A stretch of 31,040 nucleotides of DNA from an uncultured Verrucomicrobiae bacterium (GCA_963788655.1 CAWBHS010000044.1:1-31040), one strand, 5' to 3'. Numbered from the stretch's first letter, positions 14,032-24,127 are shown. A program made the numbers and translations. Notes: a model not told the origin generated them from the letters alone.

Positions 14032-14658
14032 TTAGCGGTAAACCGCGTCCTCGAGACCCTGTCGTTTCACCTGATAATCGTTGGCCCAGATCAGGGCGCT
14101 GGTGCGGGCGTCAATCAGTTGGAACGTGTACAGCACATAGTCGCTGACGCCCGCGCCGGTGCGGGTGGTCATGCCCTGGAGCTTGCCGGTCAGAAAATAG
14201 TCGGCGCCTTTGAATTCCTGGAGCAAGGGATCACTGCTGGAGGTCACTTCCCCGGCGCGTTTCTTGGCCCGTTCCTGCTCGAGGGCCTGCATGCGATCAC
14301 GGGCCAGGAAGATCACTTTGCCGTTGGCTTTCGAAGCGAGGAGGGTCTGGATTTTGGTCAGGAAAATGTCTTTGTTAATGGGAAACCGCGTCTCGTTGAC
14401 AATCGGGTCCAAAACGACGTACGGCGGAGTCGAGGCATTGGCGATCTGCGGCTGGCCGAGAATCGAGCGGGCCATCTTGTCCGCCACGGTGACGAGATCC
14501 TGCGACTCGATGCCGGTGCCGGCCACAAAGCCGCGTTCGTCGGCGGACATTTCCGTAACCGGCACGCCGGAGGGATTTCTGACGCCGGAAGTGGCACAAC
14601 CGGAAAGCAGCGCCACGAAACCGGCCAGTCCAAGAGCAGTGATAACAGTGTTCTTCAT
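14032..14658 (-). CDS. lpoB: Penicillin-binding protein activator LpoB-like lipoprotein
   Basis: Lipobox LSGC, ESQDL..VADKMARSIL, GADYFLTG, YTFQLIDARTSALIW. Confidence 0.75.
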   Translation of the reverse strand: MKNTVITALGLAGFVALLSGCATSGVRNPSGVPVTEMSADERGFVAGTGIESQDLVTVADKMARSILGQPQIANASTPPYVVLDPIVNETRFPINKDIFLTKIQTLLASKANGKVIFLARDRMQALEQERAKKRAGEVTSSSDPLLQEFKGADYFLTGKLQGMTTRTGAGVSDYVLYTFQLIDARTSALIWANDYQVKRQGLEDAVYR

Positions 14659-14909
14659 AGGATTGAGCTTACCAACAATTTTCAAACCTCACAACCAGGT
14701 TCATTCCGCGGCAAAAACCTTCCACCACCCACCCGCATCGATTCATTGCTAATCCGCGTGGCTGTGATCGCGCGTGTCATTTCAATCTAGTTCGACGCTG
14801 GTGCTGGTTTTGTATTCGCTTCGATACTCTAGCATCTTCCCTTCGGGGCGTCGCTATTTTTCAGGTATAAGCTTGTATTCAAAGGCGATTGGCAGTAATA
14901 GCGCCGGCT

Positions 14910-15293
14910 ATGAACGATGACTCAGTAAAAAAATACCTGCAACTACAAGCCGCCTTGAAGCGGGAAAAGGTGGAACTGGAAGCCCGCCTAAAGAGCATCA
15001 GTCAGGCGCTGGCCGGCACGACCGCCGCCCCGGCTCCCTCGGCTCCGGCTCAACGAGGTCCCGCCTCCAAGCCCCGTCAGAAGATGCATCGCGTTAAGAA
15101 CACGCTTTCCTTGCGGCAGGCCATCACCCAGGCAACCCGGCAGCAGCCCTTGACCAAGCAGGAGATTCTGGACGCGGTCCTGAAACTGGGATACCGCTTC
15201 GACACTAAGAAACCCATCGGGTCGATCAACTCGATCCTCTACGGCGAACCCAAGTTCAAGAATCGCGACGGCCGGTTTAGCCCGTCGAAGTAA
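14910..15293 (+). CDS. Basic coiled-coil + putative winged-helix protein, possibly nucleoid-associated
   Basis: N-terminal heptads (LKREKVELEARLKSISQAL), Pro/Ala linker, Lys/Arg-rich C-domain (PLTKQEILDAVLKLGYRF). Confidence 0.65.
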   Translation: MNDDSVKKYLQLQAALKREKVELEARLKSISQALAGTTAAPAPSAPAQRGPASKPRQKMHRVKNTLSLRQAITQATRQQPLTKQEILDAVLKLGYRFDTKKPIGSINSILYGEPKFKNRDGRFSPSK

Positions 15294-15392
15294 AGGTCGT
15301 CAACGGGCGCGCCGGTTCAATCCTTCGTGCCGTTGCCGGGCTGGCTATTTTTGTCACTTGCGGTCGGGCTCGTTTGCCTCTCAATATGAGGC

Positions 15393-16182
15393 ATGCTCGC
15401 TCGACGCGTTATACCTTGCCTCGATGTGCATGCCGGCCAGGTCACCCGCGGCGTGCAATTCGGCAAATTTGAAGAAGGCGGCCTGCGCAATGTAGGCGAT
15501 CCCGTCGAATTGGCGCTCCGGTACAACGACCAGGGCGCCGACGAAATGGTTTTCTTCGATATCACCGCGCACGCCCAGGGCCGGCAGAGCATGGTCGATG
15601 TCATTCATCGCGCCGCCGACCAATGCTTCATGCCGCTGACCGTCGGCGGTGGCATTCGTACGGCCGACGACATGCAAACCATGCTGCGCGCCGGCGCCGA
15701 CAAAGTGAGCATCAATTCCGCCGCGCTCGCCCATCCCGACCTGATCCGCGAAGGCTCGGAGAAATTCGGCAGCCAGTGCATCGTGGTGTCCATCGACGCC
15801 AAGAAAGTGGCGTCCGATCGCTGGGAAGTATTCTCGCACGGTGGCCGCAAATCCACCGGGATGGGATGCCATCGAATGGGCGCAGCGGGCGGTGTCGCTG
15901 GGAGCCGGCGAGATCGTGCTCAACAGCATTGACGCCGACGGCACCAAGGCGGGCTACGATGTGGTCATCACCCGGCGCATCAGCGAAACGGTGGGCGTGC
16001 CAGTGGTCGCCAGCGGTGGGGCGGGCCAACTCGAACATCTGGCTGAGGTGCTGCTCGAGGGCAAAGCGGATGCGGTTCTGGCCGCCAGCATTTTTCATTT
16101 CGGCGAATACACGGTGGCGGACGTGAAGCGCTTCCTGGCTTCCAAGAATATTCCCGTCCGCCTCGAACCCCAGCCGGCATAG
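15393..16182 (+). CDS. hisF: Imidazole glycerol phosphate synthase cyclase subunit, frameshift near 15862
   Basis: [33 protein letters not shown] and [11 protein letters not shown], then [23 protein letters not shown] and LAASIFH. Confidence 0.95.
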
Positions 16183-16238
16183 TCGCTGGGCCGCTGGAAG
16201 TTATTACGGTGAGCGAATTGGCTGGGGCGTCCGATTTT

Positions 16239-16385
16239 CGCGAAGCGTTTGGAATGTGAGGAGCTTGCTCTTGCTTTCGCAGGATCCAGCGCGCACGCAA
16301 ACAACCCAGGAGCGTACGCAACATTTGACCGCTTCTCCCCTACCGAAAGCGCCGGTAAGCCGGGCGCACTCCAAACGCTGACGCG
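16239..16385. repeat. REP doublet (GCGTTTGGAGTGCG family)
   Basis: cgcgaagcgtttggaatgtg ... cgcactccaaacgctgacgcg, an inverted pair between convergent genes. Confidence 0.7.
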
Positions 16386-16458
16386 ACCATCGGCACGGCC
16401 TTCCAGAATGGGATTAACCAAACACCCGCGCTGGCTTCCGCCTCAGCGCGAACACACT

Positions 16459-17439
16459 TTAGCCAAAAACATTCTTCGGGTGTTTCTTCCGGCCCAACAG
16501 CCCATAGACCACCCAGTCGCGGCTATGCACAATCGTTTGCCCCATCAGCCACAGCGGCAATCCGCAGACCGGCCGGGCCGCCTGGACGATACGCCGTGAA
16601 TACGCGCGGTTTCCCAACTCACGAAAACGTTTCGCTTTGATGCCGGAACGGACGGCGAACAAACCCTTGAGTTTCATCCGCCGGATGACCGACGCGGGCT
16701 GCTCGCGCCAGCCTTCCACGATTTGCATGGTCCGCCATTCATCAAGCACCAGCGCGTTGAGATCGACCATCGCCGCCCCGGAGCTGTTGGTGGCATTGGT
16801 GCCGTGCCAACGATACTTGCCCAGCGGCGAAGCGAGTTTGACGATTTTCTGGCAGTGCCGCCCCCAGTCCGGCCAAAACACCATGTCCGCCAGAATGGGA
16901 ATATCCAGCCGAAATAGGCAGGGCGTTTTTTGGTAATCGGTCTTCAGCAGAGTGGCGCAAAAGGCTTGGTTGCCGATCTCCGCCCGTTCGCGCAAATACT
17001 CGTCCCGGCCCAAAACCGTCACTTGGCCGGTGGCACGCCCGGAGACACTCAAATGCTGGCCATTGTCGTCGATGCGTTCGTCCAGGCAATACGCCAGCCC
17101 GAAGCCCTGGCAGTCTTCCAGGGTGGGCAGCAACGTTTCGTAGAAGCCGGGTTCCAGGAGATCGTCGGCGTGCAGGATTTGGAGGTATTGCGTTTGGTCG
17201 GCAAATTCGAGCGCACGATTGCAATTGCCCAGCAGGCCCAGGTTGGATGGATTACGCATCCACTCGCAAGGCAGCCCTTTGAATTCCTTGACCAGCTTTT
17301 CGGTGTTGTCGGTCGAGCAATTGTCCACCACCACCACCCGGTCGGGCCGGCGGGACTGGCGGCTCACGGACTCCAGCGTTTGGACGACATAAGCTTCCGC
17401 GTTGTAAACCGGAATCACGGTGGTCAACTTCGTGTTCAT
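16459..17439 (-). CDS. Glycosyltransferase family 2
   Basis: VIPVYNAE, VVDNCSTD, ILHADD. Confidence 0.9.
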   Translation of the reverse strand: MNTKLTTVIPVYNAEAYVVQTLESVSRQSRRPDRVVVVDNCSTDNTEKLVKEFKGLPCEWMRNPSNLGLLGNCNRALEFADQTQYLQILHADDLLEPGFYETLLPTLEDCQGFGLAYCLDERIDDNGQHLSVSGRATGQVTVLGRDEYLRERAEIGNQAFCATLLKTDYQKTPCLFRLDIPILADMVFWPDWGRHCQKIVKLASPLGKYRWHGTNATNSSGAAMVDLNALVLDEWRTMQIVEGWREQPASVIRRMKLKGLFAVRSGIKAKRFRELGNRAYSRRIVQAARPVCGLPLWLMGQTIVHSRDWVVYGLLGRKKHPKNVFG

Positions 17440-17488
17440 CGAGGTTGATTTCCTAGCAGAGGATCACCCCGAAAGCAAAACGTTCTTG

Positions 17489-18865
17489 TCAATCCCGCAA
17501 CCCTTGCGCCAGTTGCCGTCCGCGGAGGAGACAGTCGTCGGTCCAAAAGTATTTCCACTGCCCAAACCGTCCGCCCAACATCAGCGTGGCCCGGCTCAAG
17601 TCCAGGGGGTCCCGATGGCCCCAGTCGGTGCTGGCGTCCAAGTCGTTCGCCTCGCGTTGCAGCCCATAAGCCGTCAGCCAGTTCAGGATGCTGTCCAACG
17701 CCGCGCGACGTTGGTGATCAAAAATCACATTCGCCCACCGCACCTCGTGCGTGTGAAACGCCGGCGCCGACGGGCCGCACTGGTCCGGGGCGATGAATCC
17801 CATCTCCACCAACTCTCGCAGCACCCTTTGGCCAACCGCTGCCGGGGGCTCCGGCAACGGGCGATGGCGGCCGAAATACACCTCCACCTGAACTCCGGTG
17901 TGCCCGGGTGGCGCGTTGAACGGCGACAAGCGTTCGGTGCAGTTGATGCGCGTGGACAGCTTGTCTTCATCGTAAATGTAAAACCAGTTCCCCGCCCGCA
18001 GCGTGGGATGCGGTGCCGTGGCGTTGACCAACAACAATTGCGAACAATTCAACGCCGCGGCCGCTTCGCGCATCGCCGCGGTGGCCTGCGCGCAGCGTTG
18101 GACGAAGACCGGCAATGGCAGCGTGCTGATCAGCCGGCCGTAGGGAAGGCACTCCCCTGAGGTCAGCCAGAGTTTCTTCTCCGCCAGGTCAATTCGCTCC
18201 ACTTCGCAGTGGTAACGAATGCGTGCTTCTTTCACGAGGATTCCCAAAAAGGCCTGGTAGCCGCCTCGACGGGGATACCGCGCGTGAGTGATATAATGGG
18301 TTCCGTACGGCAACGGGCCTTTCGCCCCAGCCTGCACTTCTTCCGTCGCTGGGGAATACATTCGTTCCCCGACCCATTCGGTATTCAAGTCGGCTGGCTC
18401 AACCGTCCAGTATTTGCGCGTGTAAGCCTCGGGGAAAATGCGGGCAAATTCCACGCCGAACGCTTCCTCCAACCATTCCTGATAGTTGGCGGGGCGGGCA
18501 TCGTCATCGGCAGAACGCTGCGGGCGCGCCAGAAACGAGTCCAGGCAGCGGCTGCGGATCGGCTCAGGAACCTGATACAAATTGCACTGCGCTGGATGAT
18601 CCACCCAATGTCCTTGAAAATAATTCACCGTGCGAACGTCATGCGCTTCGTAATCCCCGTCCACACTACGGGCAAACAGTTCCTTGACGTAATCATGTTT
18701 GGTGAACGAGACGTGCGGACCCTCGTCCCAAGTGAACCCGCCGCGCAATTCCGAGTGCGCATGGCCAAAAGGCACGGCCGCTTTTTCGAGAATGAGACAG
18801 TGCTCATGCCCGAGGTGATACGACGCGGACAAGCCCGCGAGGCCGGCTCCCAGGATCACATTCAT
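17489..18865 (-). CDS. FAD-dependent oxidoreductase (UDP-galactopyranose mutase/HemY-like)
   Basis: ILGAGLAGLS, DEGPHVSF, YTRKYW, GRFGQWKYFWTD. Confidence 0.82.
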   Translation of the reverse strand: MNVILGAGLAGLSASYHLGHEHCLILEKAAVPFGHAHSELRGGFTWDEGPHVSFTKHDYVKELFARSVDGDYEAHDVRTVNYFQGHWVDHPAQCNLYQVPEPIRSRCLDSFLARPQRSADDDARPANYQEWLEEAFGVEFARIFPEAYTRKYWTVEPADLNTEWVGERMYSPATEEVQAGAKGPLPYGTHYITHARYPRRGGYQAFLGILVKEARIRYHCEVERIDLAEKKLWLTSGECLPYGRLISTLPLPVFVQRCAQATAAMREAAAALNCSQLLLVNATAPHPTLRAGNWFYIYDEDKLSTRINCTERLSPFNAPPGHTGVQVEVYFGRHRPLPEPPAAVGQRVLRELVEMGFIAPDQCGPSAPAFHTHEVRWANVIFDHQRRAALDSILNWLTAYGLQREANDLDASTDWGHRDPLDLSRATLMLGGRFGQWKYFWTDDCLLRGRQLAQGLRD

Positions 18866-19107
18866 GCGGACGAGGAAGCCGCGACCAGCGTGCGGCGAAT
18901 CTCCTGGACCAACGATTCCCGTGGCGGCTCAGCGCCGGCCTGGACCAGTTCCAGTGCGGCACACTGCTCCGGTGCGTCGAGCTCAACCAAGAAGTCGTTC
19001 GCATGGTGCCGCGTGGCCTTCCCTATGAGGTCACCCTGGGCCGTAAAATACCGGCAGGGGAAACCGGCAAAGTAACCGCGGGCTCCAGATATTGGAATCG
19101 ATCGCAT
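18862..19107 (-). pseudogene. Internally deleted NAD-dependent epimerase/reductase (SDR)
   Basis: Only 81 aa. Rossmann-like start MRSIPISGARGYFAG joins directly to a C-terminal-like helix (ESLVQEIRRTL); no YxxxK region. Confidence 0.5.
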
Positions 19108-19134
19108 GTGTGGTCAGCGTGGGTTCTTGCTCAA

Positions 19135-19409
19135 TTAAAACGATGATTCGTAGTCCGCCAGCGTCGAGATGATCTGGTCGCGTGCCGACGAGGCTACGGT
19201 GCCGGCTTGGTACAACATGACCGTTGCCTTGGCAAGTTTGTTCCAGACTTTTCATTAAAAGACGAAGGCGATTCCCAATTCCTGGAAGAGATCCTGGCGA
19301 TAGGGCCGGACGAAGCTGCCGCGCGCATCGGTGAAAATATATGGCCGCAACGGGACCAGTCTCGCGAATCCAGGTCGATCAGAATGAACATCTGAGGGTC
19401 GGTCGTCAT
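19135..19409 (-). pseudogene. Degraded RmlC/AscE-like NDP-sugar epimerase
   Basis: After a frameshift reads LVPLRPYIFTDARGSFVRPYRQDLFQELGIAF* (RmlC FxDxRGxF motif), then ATVMLYQ...SARDQ...LADYESSF*. The RGLH core is missing. Confidence 0.7.
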
Positions 19410-19416
19410 CTGGGGC

Positions 19417-20163
19417 TCATTCCCAGGCGTCCATGCGAATACGGTCCGGTGGCACCTCGCGCGCTTGCAGCTCGGTGGTGAGTGCGTTGAGCATCGGCGG
19501 CGGCCCGGACAGGTAAAAGACCTTGGCCGTTGGGTCCGTGATGCGCGGCCAGACTTCATCCAACGAGATGCGCCCGATCAAATATTCCGGGGCGTTGGGC
19601 CGTTCACTTGCCGGCGGCGCCCAGCCCGGTTCCGTGGTTTCCACAAAAAACAACACCCGGAAATTCGGCACTCGTTCCAGTTGCGCCAGGATCTTGTCGC
19701 GAAAGAGCAACAGGTCTGGATTCCTGGCGCCATAAACCAGCCAGACGGGTTGTGGATGATCGGGAGCCAGCGCTTCGAGAAAAGCCGTGAACGCGCTGAT
19801 ACCCGTCCCGCCGGCCAACAACACCGCGTCGGTCGAGCTATCGATGATAAATTCCCCGTAGGGCAGTTTGATCCAGACGCCCCGTCCGACTGCCAGTGCC
19901 TGCTCCATCTTGCGGGTGTAACGTCCCACCCCGGAATAGCAAATCCGCACGCGTTGCCGGTCCCGCGGGGAACTGGCAATGGAAAACACGCGCGACTCCG
20001 GCCAGAAGCTCGACGGATCAAACTCATCGACGGTCAGGTGCAGGAACTGCCCCGGCTTGAATGACGGCAGCGGTTTGTCCGGCCGCAAGTCCACCGTGTA
20101 AACCCGTCCACCGTGGTCGGTGAGTGCTTCGACCGTGCAGCGGATCTTGCGGGGCATGCTCAT
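19417..20163 (-). CDS. Ferredoxin-NAD(P) reductase-type flavoprotein (AscD/DdhD-like, no 2Fe-2S domain)
   Basis: FKPGQF, RVFSIAS, PYGEF, LAGGTGI, YGAR, YLSGPPPM; directly downstream of rfbH. Confidence 0.82.
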   Translation of the reverse strand: MSMPRKIRCTVEALTDHGGRVYTVDLRPDKPLPSFKPGQFLHLTVDEFDPSSFWPESRVFSIASSPRDRQRVRICYSGVGRYTRKMEQALAVGRGVWIKLPYGEFIIDSSTDAVLLAGGTGISAFTAFLEALAPDHPQPVWLVYGARNPDLLLFRDKILAQLERVPNFRVLFFVETTEPGWAPPASERPNAPEYLIGRISLDEVWPRITDPTAKVFYLSGPPPMLNALTTELQAREVPPDRIRMDAWE

Positions 20164-20212
20164 GCGGTGGCAGGCAGCGGACCGTGAGGGAGGGCTGGAA
20201 AACGAAGCGGCT

Positions 20213-21532
20213 TCATGAGTTCGTTTTCCCCGCAATGAACTGGTCGATGGTGGCAAGAAGGTGGCGGATCATTTCGTCAGTCAGCCCCGGATAGACACCG
20301 ATGAAGAACGTGTTCGTGGTGATGACGTCGCTATGGATCAACGTGCCGACCACGCGATGCCCGATGTCCGCGTAGGCCGGGTGGCGAAGCAGGTTGCCGC
20401 AAAAGAGATTCCGCGTTTCGATGCGCGCCATTTCCAGCGTGGTCACCAATTCGGCCCGCGTGAAGGGCGCATCCGGGCGCACCGTGATCACATAGCCGAA
20501 CCAGGATGGGTCGGCCTTGGGCGGGGCGGTGTGCAGGATCAAGTGCGCCTCGTGCTTCTTCAAACCGGCTTCGAGCGCGGCGTGATTGCGTTTCCGCGCG
20601 GTGATAAAGTCCGCAAGCTTCGCCAACTGCGCCACGCCGATGGCGGCTTGCATATCGGTCACCTTCAGATTGTAGCCAATATGGCTGTAAACGTATTTGT
20701 GATCGTAGCCAAAAGGTAGCGTACCGAACTGCTGGCCAAAGCGTTTGCCGCAGGTGTTGTTTTCGCCGCCCGCGCAATAGCAATCCCGGCCCCAGTCGCG
20801 GAAGCTGCGGGCGATGCGCGCCAACTCCTCGTCGCCCACCGCCACGGCGCCGCCTTCACCCATGGTGAGGTGGTGCGCCGGATAGAAGCTGAACGTCGCG
20901 AGGTCGCCGAACGTGGCGGTCAGTTGGCCGTCGTAACGGCTGCCGAGTGCGTCGCAATTGTCTTCAATGAGCCAGAGACCGTGTTGCGTACACCACTCGC
21001 GCAGCTCGCGCACCGGATACGGCACACCCATCGTGTGGGCGATCATTACCGCCTTGGTTTTCGAACTGAGCGCGGCTTCGATCGATTCCAGCGTCGGAAC
21101 GTAGGTGCCGAGTTCCACGTCCACGAACACGGGCACGGCTCGATTTTGAATGATCGGATTGACGGTGGTCGGGAAACCGGCAGCCACGGTGATCACCTCA
21201 TCACCCGGCTTCACCTGGCGGTCTTTGAGTTTCGGCGACGTAAGCGTGGAGAACGCCACCAGATTGGCGGACGACCCGGAGTTGACCAGCAACGCGTGAT
21301 CGAGGCCCAGGTAATCGGCCAGTCCCGCCTCGAACTCCTCGCTGTACCGGCCGGCGGTCAGCCAGAAATCCAGCGAGGCATCCACCAAGTTCACCAACTC
21401 CCGCTCATCAAAATGCCGGCCCGCGTAGCGCACCAAATCCTCGCCCGCTCGGAAGGCTTTGCGCGGTTCGGCCGCGTGGTATTGCTGCACCAAGTCGAGG
21501 ATTTGTCGCCGCAGTGTTTTTCGGTCACTCAT
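20213..21532 (-). CDS. rfbH: CDP-4-keto-6-deoxy-D-glucose 3-dehydratase (RfbH/DdhC)
   Basis: VNSGSSANL, EDNCDALG, SFYPAHH.TMGEGG (His in place of the PLP Lys), RDCYC...NTC Fe-S motif, YDHKYVYSHIGYNLK. Confidence 0.93.
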   Translation of the reverse strand: MSDRKTLRRQILDLVQQYHAAEPRKAFRAGEDLVRYAGRHFDERELVNLVDASLDFWLTAGRYSEEFEAGLADYLGLDHALLVNSGSSANLVAFSTLTSPKLKDRQVKPGDEVITVAAGFPTTVNPIIQNRAVPVFVDVELGTYVPTLESIEAALSSKTKAVMIAHTMGVPYPVRELREWCTQHGLWLIEDNCDALGSRYDGQLTATFGDLATFSFYPAHHLTMGEGGAVAVGDEELARIARSFRDWGRDCYCAGGENNTCGKRFGQQFGTLPFGYDHKYVYSHIGYNLKVTDMQAAIGVAQLAKLADFITARKRNHAALEAGLKKHEAHLILHTAPPKADPSWFGYVITVRPDAPFTRAELVTTLEMARIETRNLFCGNLLRHPAYADIGHRVVGTLIHSDVITTNTFFIGVYPGLTDEMIRHLLATIDQFIAGKTNS

Positions 21533-21559
21533 ATCCAAAAAGATCGTTCCCAAACTTCC

Positions 21560-22675
21560 CTATTTCACGGCCCAAGGCAAACCGGCATTGGCCGCGTCGG
21601 TCTGGTAGTGCTCGATCTGTCCGGTCGTCAGCGCCTGAATTGCCTTGGCTGCGTCGGAACCGGTGCCCGCGGACGTCGCCTGCCGATACCACGTAACGGT
21701 GTGCGCGATGGCGTTGGGAAATGTCCACACCGGCGCCCAACCCAACCGGGCGTGCGCTTTGTCGGTGGATAACTGGAGCAACTGGGCCTCGTGGACCGCA
21801 GCGGGATCGCTCCTGTCCTCCCAACGGCCGGGCCAGTGTTTCAGGACTTCGTTTACCAATTCCGCGACCGTGCGGTTCGCTTCATGGCCGGGGCCGAAGT
21901 TGAAAGCGGAAGCCAGTTGGTCGTCACTGGCACCGGACTCGGCCAGGCGCGCGGCGAGCCAGAGATAACCGCTGAGCGGATCAAGCACGTGCTGCCACGG
22001 TCGGGTGGCAACCTTGTTTCGCACGGGAATGGGCTGCCCGCCCTGCAACGCGCGGATGCAATCCGGCACGAGTCGGTTCGGTGCCCAATCGCCGCCGCCA
22101 ATGACGTTGCCGGCGCGGACGCTGGCCAGGCGCACCGGGTGCCCATCGAAAAATGAGCGCCGCCACGAGGCGATGGCGATTTCCGTCGCGGCTTTGCTGG
22201 AACTGTACGGATCGTGACCGCCGAGCGGATCGGCCTCGCGGTAGCCATAAAGCCATTCGCGATTCTCGTAGCACTTGTCGGTGGTCACCAGGATGGCGAC
22301 GCACGGCTTCTGCAATTGCCGCAAGGCCTCGAGGACGTGAATGGTGCCCATGACGTTGATGGCATAAGTGTCCACCGGCTGGTCGTAAGCGGCCAACACG
22401 AGCGGCTGAGCCGCGAGATGAAAAACAAAATCAGGTTGAGCCGCCTGCACGGATTGGGCGACGGCGGCGGCCTCGCGGAGGTCGGAGATTTGATGCCCGG
22501 GCAGCCGCGCCTCCAAACCAAGCTGTTGGAACAGCGCCGGGGTGGTGGGAGGCGGCAGGGCGAAACCATGCACGCGGGCCCCGAGGGTCAACAGCCAGTG
22601 CGCCAGCCACGAGCCTTTGAAACCCGTGTGGCCGGTGAGCCAGACTGTTTTGTTGGAAAAAGCGTTGCCAAACAT
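21560..22675 (-). CDS. rfbG: CDP-glucose 4,6-dehydratase
   Basis: TGHTGFKGSW, HLAAQPLV, TTDKCYEN, DPYSSSK, RAGNVIGGGDW, RPWQHVL. Confidence 0.95.
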   Translation of the reverse strand: MFGNAFSNKTVWLTGHTGFKGSWLAHWLLTLGARVHGFALPPPTTPALFQQLGLEARLPGHQISDLREAAAVAQSVQAAQPDFVFHLAAQPLVLAAYDQPVDTYAINVMGTIHVLEALRQLQKPCVAILVTTDKCYENREWLYGYREADPLGGHDPYSSSKAATEIAIASWRRSFFDGHPVRLASVRAGNVIGGGDWAPNRLVPDCIRALQGGQPIPVRNKVATRPWQHVLDPLSGYLWLAARLAESGASDDQLASAFNFGPGHEANRTVAELVNEVLKHWPGRWEDRSDPAAVHEAQLLQLSTDKAHARLGWAPVWTFPNAIAHTVTWYRQATSAGTGSDAAKAIQALTTGQIEHYQTDAANAGLPWAVK

Positions 22676-23451
22676 TACCAAACTTTCCATGGCGCCTGGC
22701 CTTGCTGCCACAGATGGTTCAGCAGCTCGAATTCGCGGAAGGTGTCCATGGGCTGCCAGAAGCCACTATGCGGGAAACACATCAGTTGCCCGTCCGCGGC
22801 CAGTTTACGTAGCGGTTCCCGTTCCAGAACCAGGTCCGGATCATCATTCAGATACCGGAAGACCTCGCGTTGCATCACAAAGAATCCGCCGCTGATCAGA
22901 CCGCCAATGGACTGGGGTTTCTCATTAAACTCGGTCACCCGATGATCCTGCATGGCCAGCTCGCCAAACCGGCCCGGCGGCGAAACTCCGGTCAAGGTCG
23001 CCAGTTTTCCGTGGCGCCGGTGAAAGTCCAGCAAGGCGGTCAGGTCAATGTTACCCACGCCGTCGCCGTAGGTGAGCATGAAGGTGTCGTCATGAATATA
23101 CGGTTTGATGCGCTTGACGCGCGCGCCGGTCATGGCCTCATCGCCGGTGTTGGCGAGGGTGACGGTCCACTCTTCCTCGGGGCCGGTGTGGTGGTAGGTG
23201 ACGTGTTGGTCCGGGCCCAGTTTCAGGGTGATGTCATGGACGGTTTGCCGGTAGTTCAGGAAGTAATCCTTGATGACCTCGCCTTTGTAACCGAGGCACA
23301 GGAGGAATTCGTCGTAACCGAAGTGCGCGTAATACTTCATGATGTGCCACAACACCGGCCGGTTCCCGATCGGCAGCATGGGCTTGGGCCGATACTCGGT
23401 TTCTTCCCGCAACCGGGTGCCTTTGCCCCCGCACAAAATGACGACTTGCAT
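22675..23451 (-). CDS. rfbF: Glucose-1-phosphate cytidylyltransferase
   Basis: LCGGKGTRLREET..RPKPM, MTGARVKR, LTYGDG, GFWQPMDT, APWKVW. Confidence 0.95.
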   Translation of the reverse strand: MQVVILCGGKGTRLREETEYRPKPMLPIGNRPVLWHIMKYYAHFGYDEFLLCLGYKGEVIKDYFLNYRQTVHDITLKLGPDQHVTYHHTGPEEEWTVTLANTGDEAMTGARVKRIKPYIHDDTFMLTYGDGVGNIDLTALLDFHRRHGKLATLTGVSPPGRFGELAMQDHRVTEFNEKPQSIGGLISGGFFVMQREVFRYLNDDPDLVLEREPLRKLAADGQLMCFPHSGFWQPMDTFREFELLNHLWQQGQAPWKVW

Positions 23452-23557
23452 GGGCGTGTTGTAGAAGAAAAGCGCCGTGAATCCAACGGGAAAAACCAAC
23501 TCAGCGCAAGGAAACTGGCGATGGGGGATTCCGGCTGAACTGGTGACCGACCGGAAC

Positions 23558-23658
23558 CGCGAAGGGTCAGGTCAGCGGTGGAAGCCAGCCACCGATGACG
23601 TTCGGATTGTCTCGGAGCGAATCGACCGGCTTCCGTTTGATGCACTGCGTCGTTGGGT
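23558..23658 (-). other. attC site, terminal and degenerate
   Basis: Minus strand: R'' ACCCAAC, arms GGAAGCCGG/CTGGCTTCC, then CGCTGACC. R' has decayed (CTTCGCG). Confidence 0.6.
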
Positions 23659-23680
23659 GATCGTTCAAGTTGCTCTCCAA

Positions 23681-23962
23681 CTATGGAGTGAACTCGACCA
23701 ACATCCGCATCGTCTCGACCTTCAGGCCGTCCTCCCGCATTGCTTGCTTGCCCTCGTCGGACTGCAGCAACGCTTGGAATTTCGCCATATCGGGTATCTC
23801 CGCCATGATTCCCGTTGCATTGGGGTTCTTGGGGTCGCGGAAGTTTCGGCATTTGATTCCCAGCTTCCCGAACAGCTCGTGTCGGCTGCCGGGTCCTTGC
23901 TTCCAGGCGTTGGCCCAGACCGCACCGTCTTGAACTTCGTGGACTATGATTACCGTCGTCAT
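23681..23962 (-). CDS. Cassette gene, 93-aa hypothetical (dimeric alpha/beta-barrel-like)
   Basis: MTTVIIVHEVQD...FRDPKNPN...FQALLQSDEGKQAM; RBS-like AAGGA; lies between two attC sites. Confidence 0.75.
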   Translation of the reverse strand: MTTVIIVHEVQDGAVWANAWKQGPGSRHELFGKLGIKCRNFRDPKNPNATGIMAEIPDMAKFQALLQSDEGKQAMREDGLKVETMRMLVEFTP

Positions 23963-24020
23963 TGTTGATTCCTTACGTTTTGTGTTGGTGGTTGGTTTGC
24001 GAAAGCGGCTGTGTTGCGTC

Positions 24021-24127
24021 ACCGAACATCGATGAGCTCAGACACCCGGCTGGAGTCGTCCGAAAGAAAGAGACTTTTCAGATTTCATTGAGCGACGGTC
24101 CGGGTTGTCTGTAGCGCCTGGTTGAAC
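24021..24127 (-). other. attC site whose R'' end was replaced by the inserted element
   Basis: Minus strand GTTCAAC-caggc-GCTaCAGACAaCCCGG...CCGGGTGTCTGAGC-tcatcgat-GTTCGGT, with extra bases in the R''-proximal arm. Confidence 0.8.
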
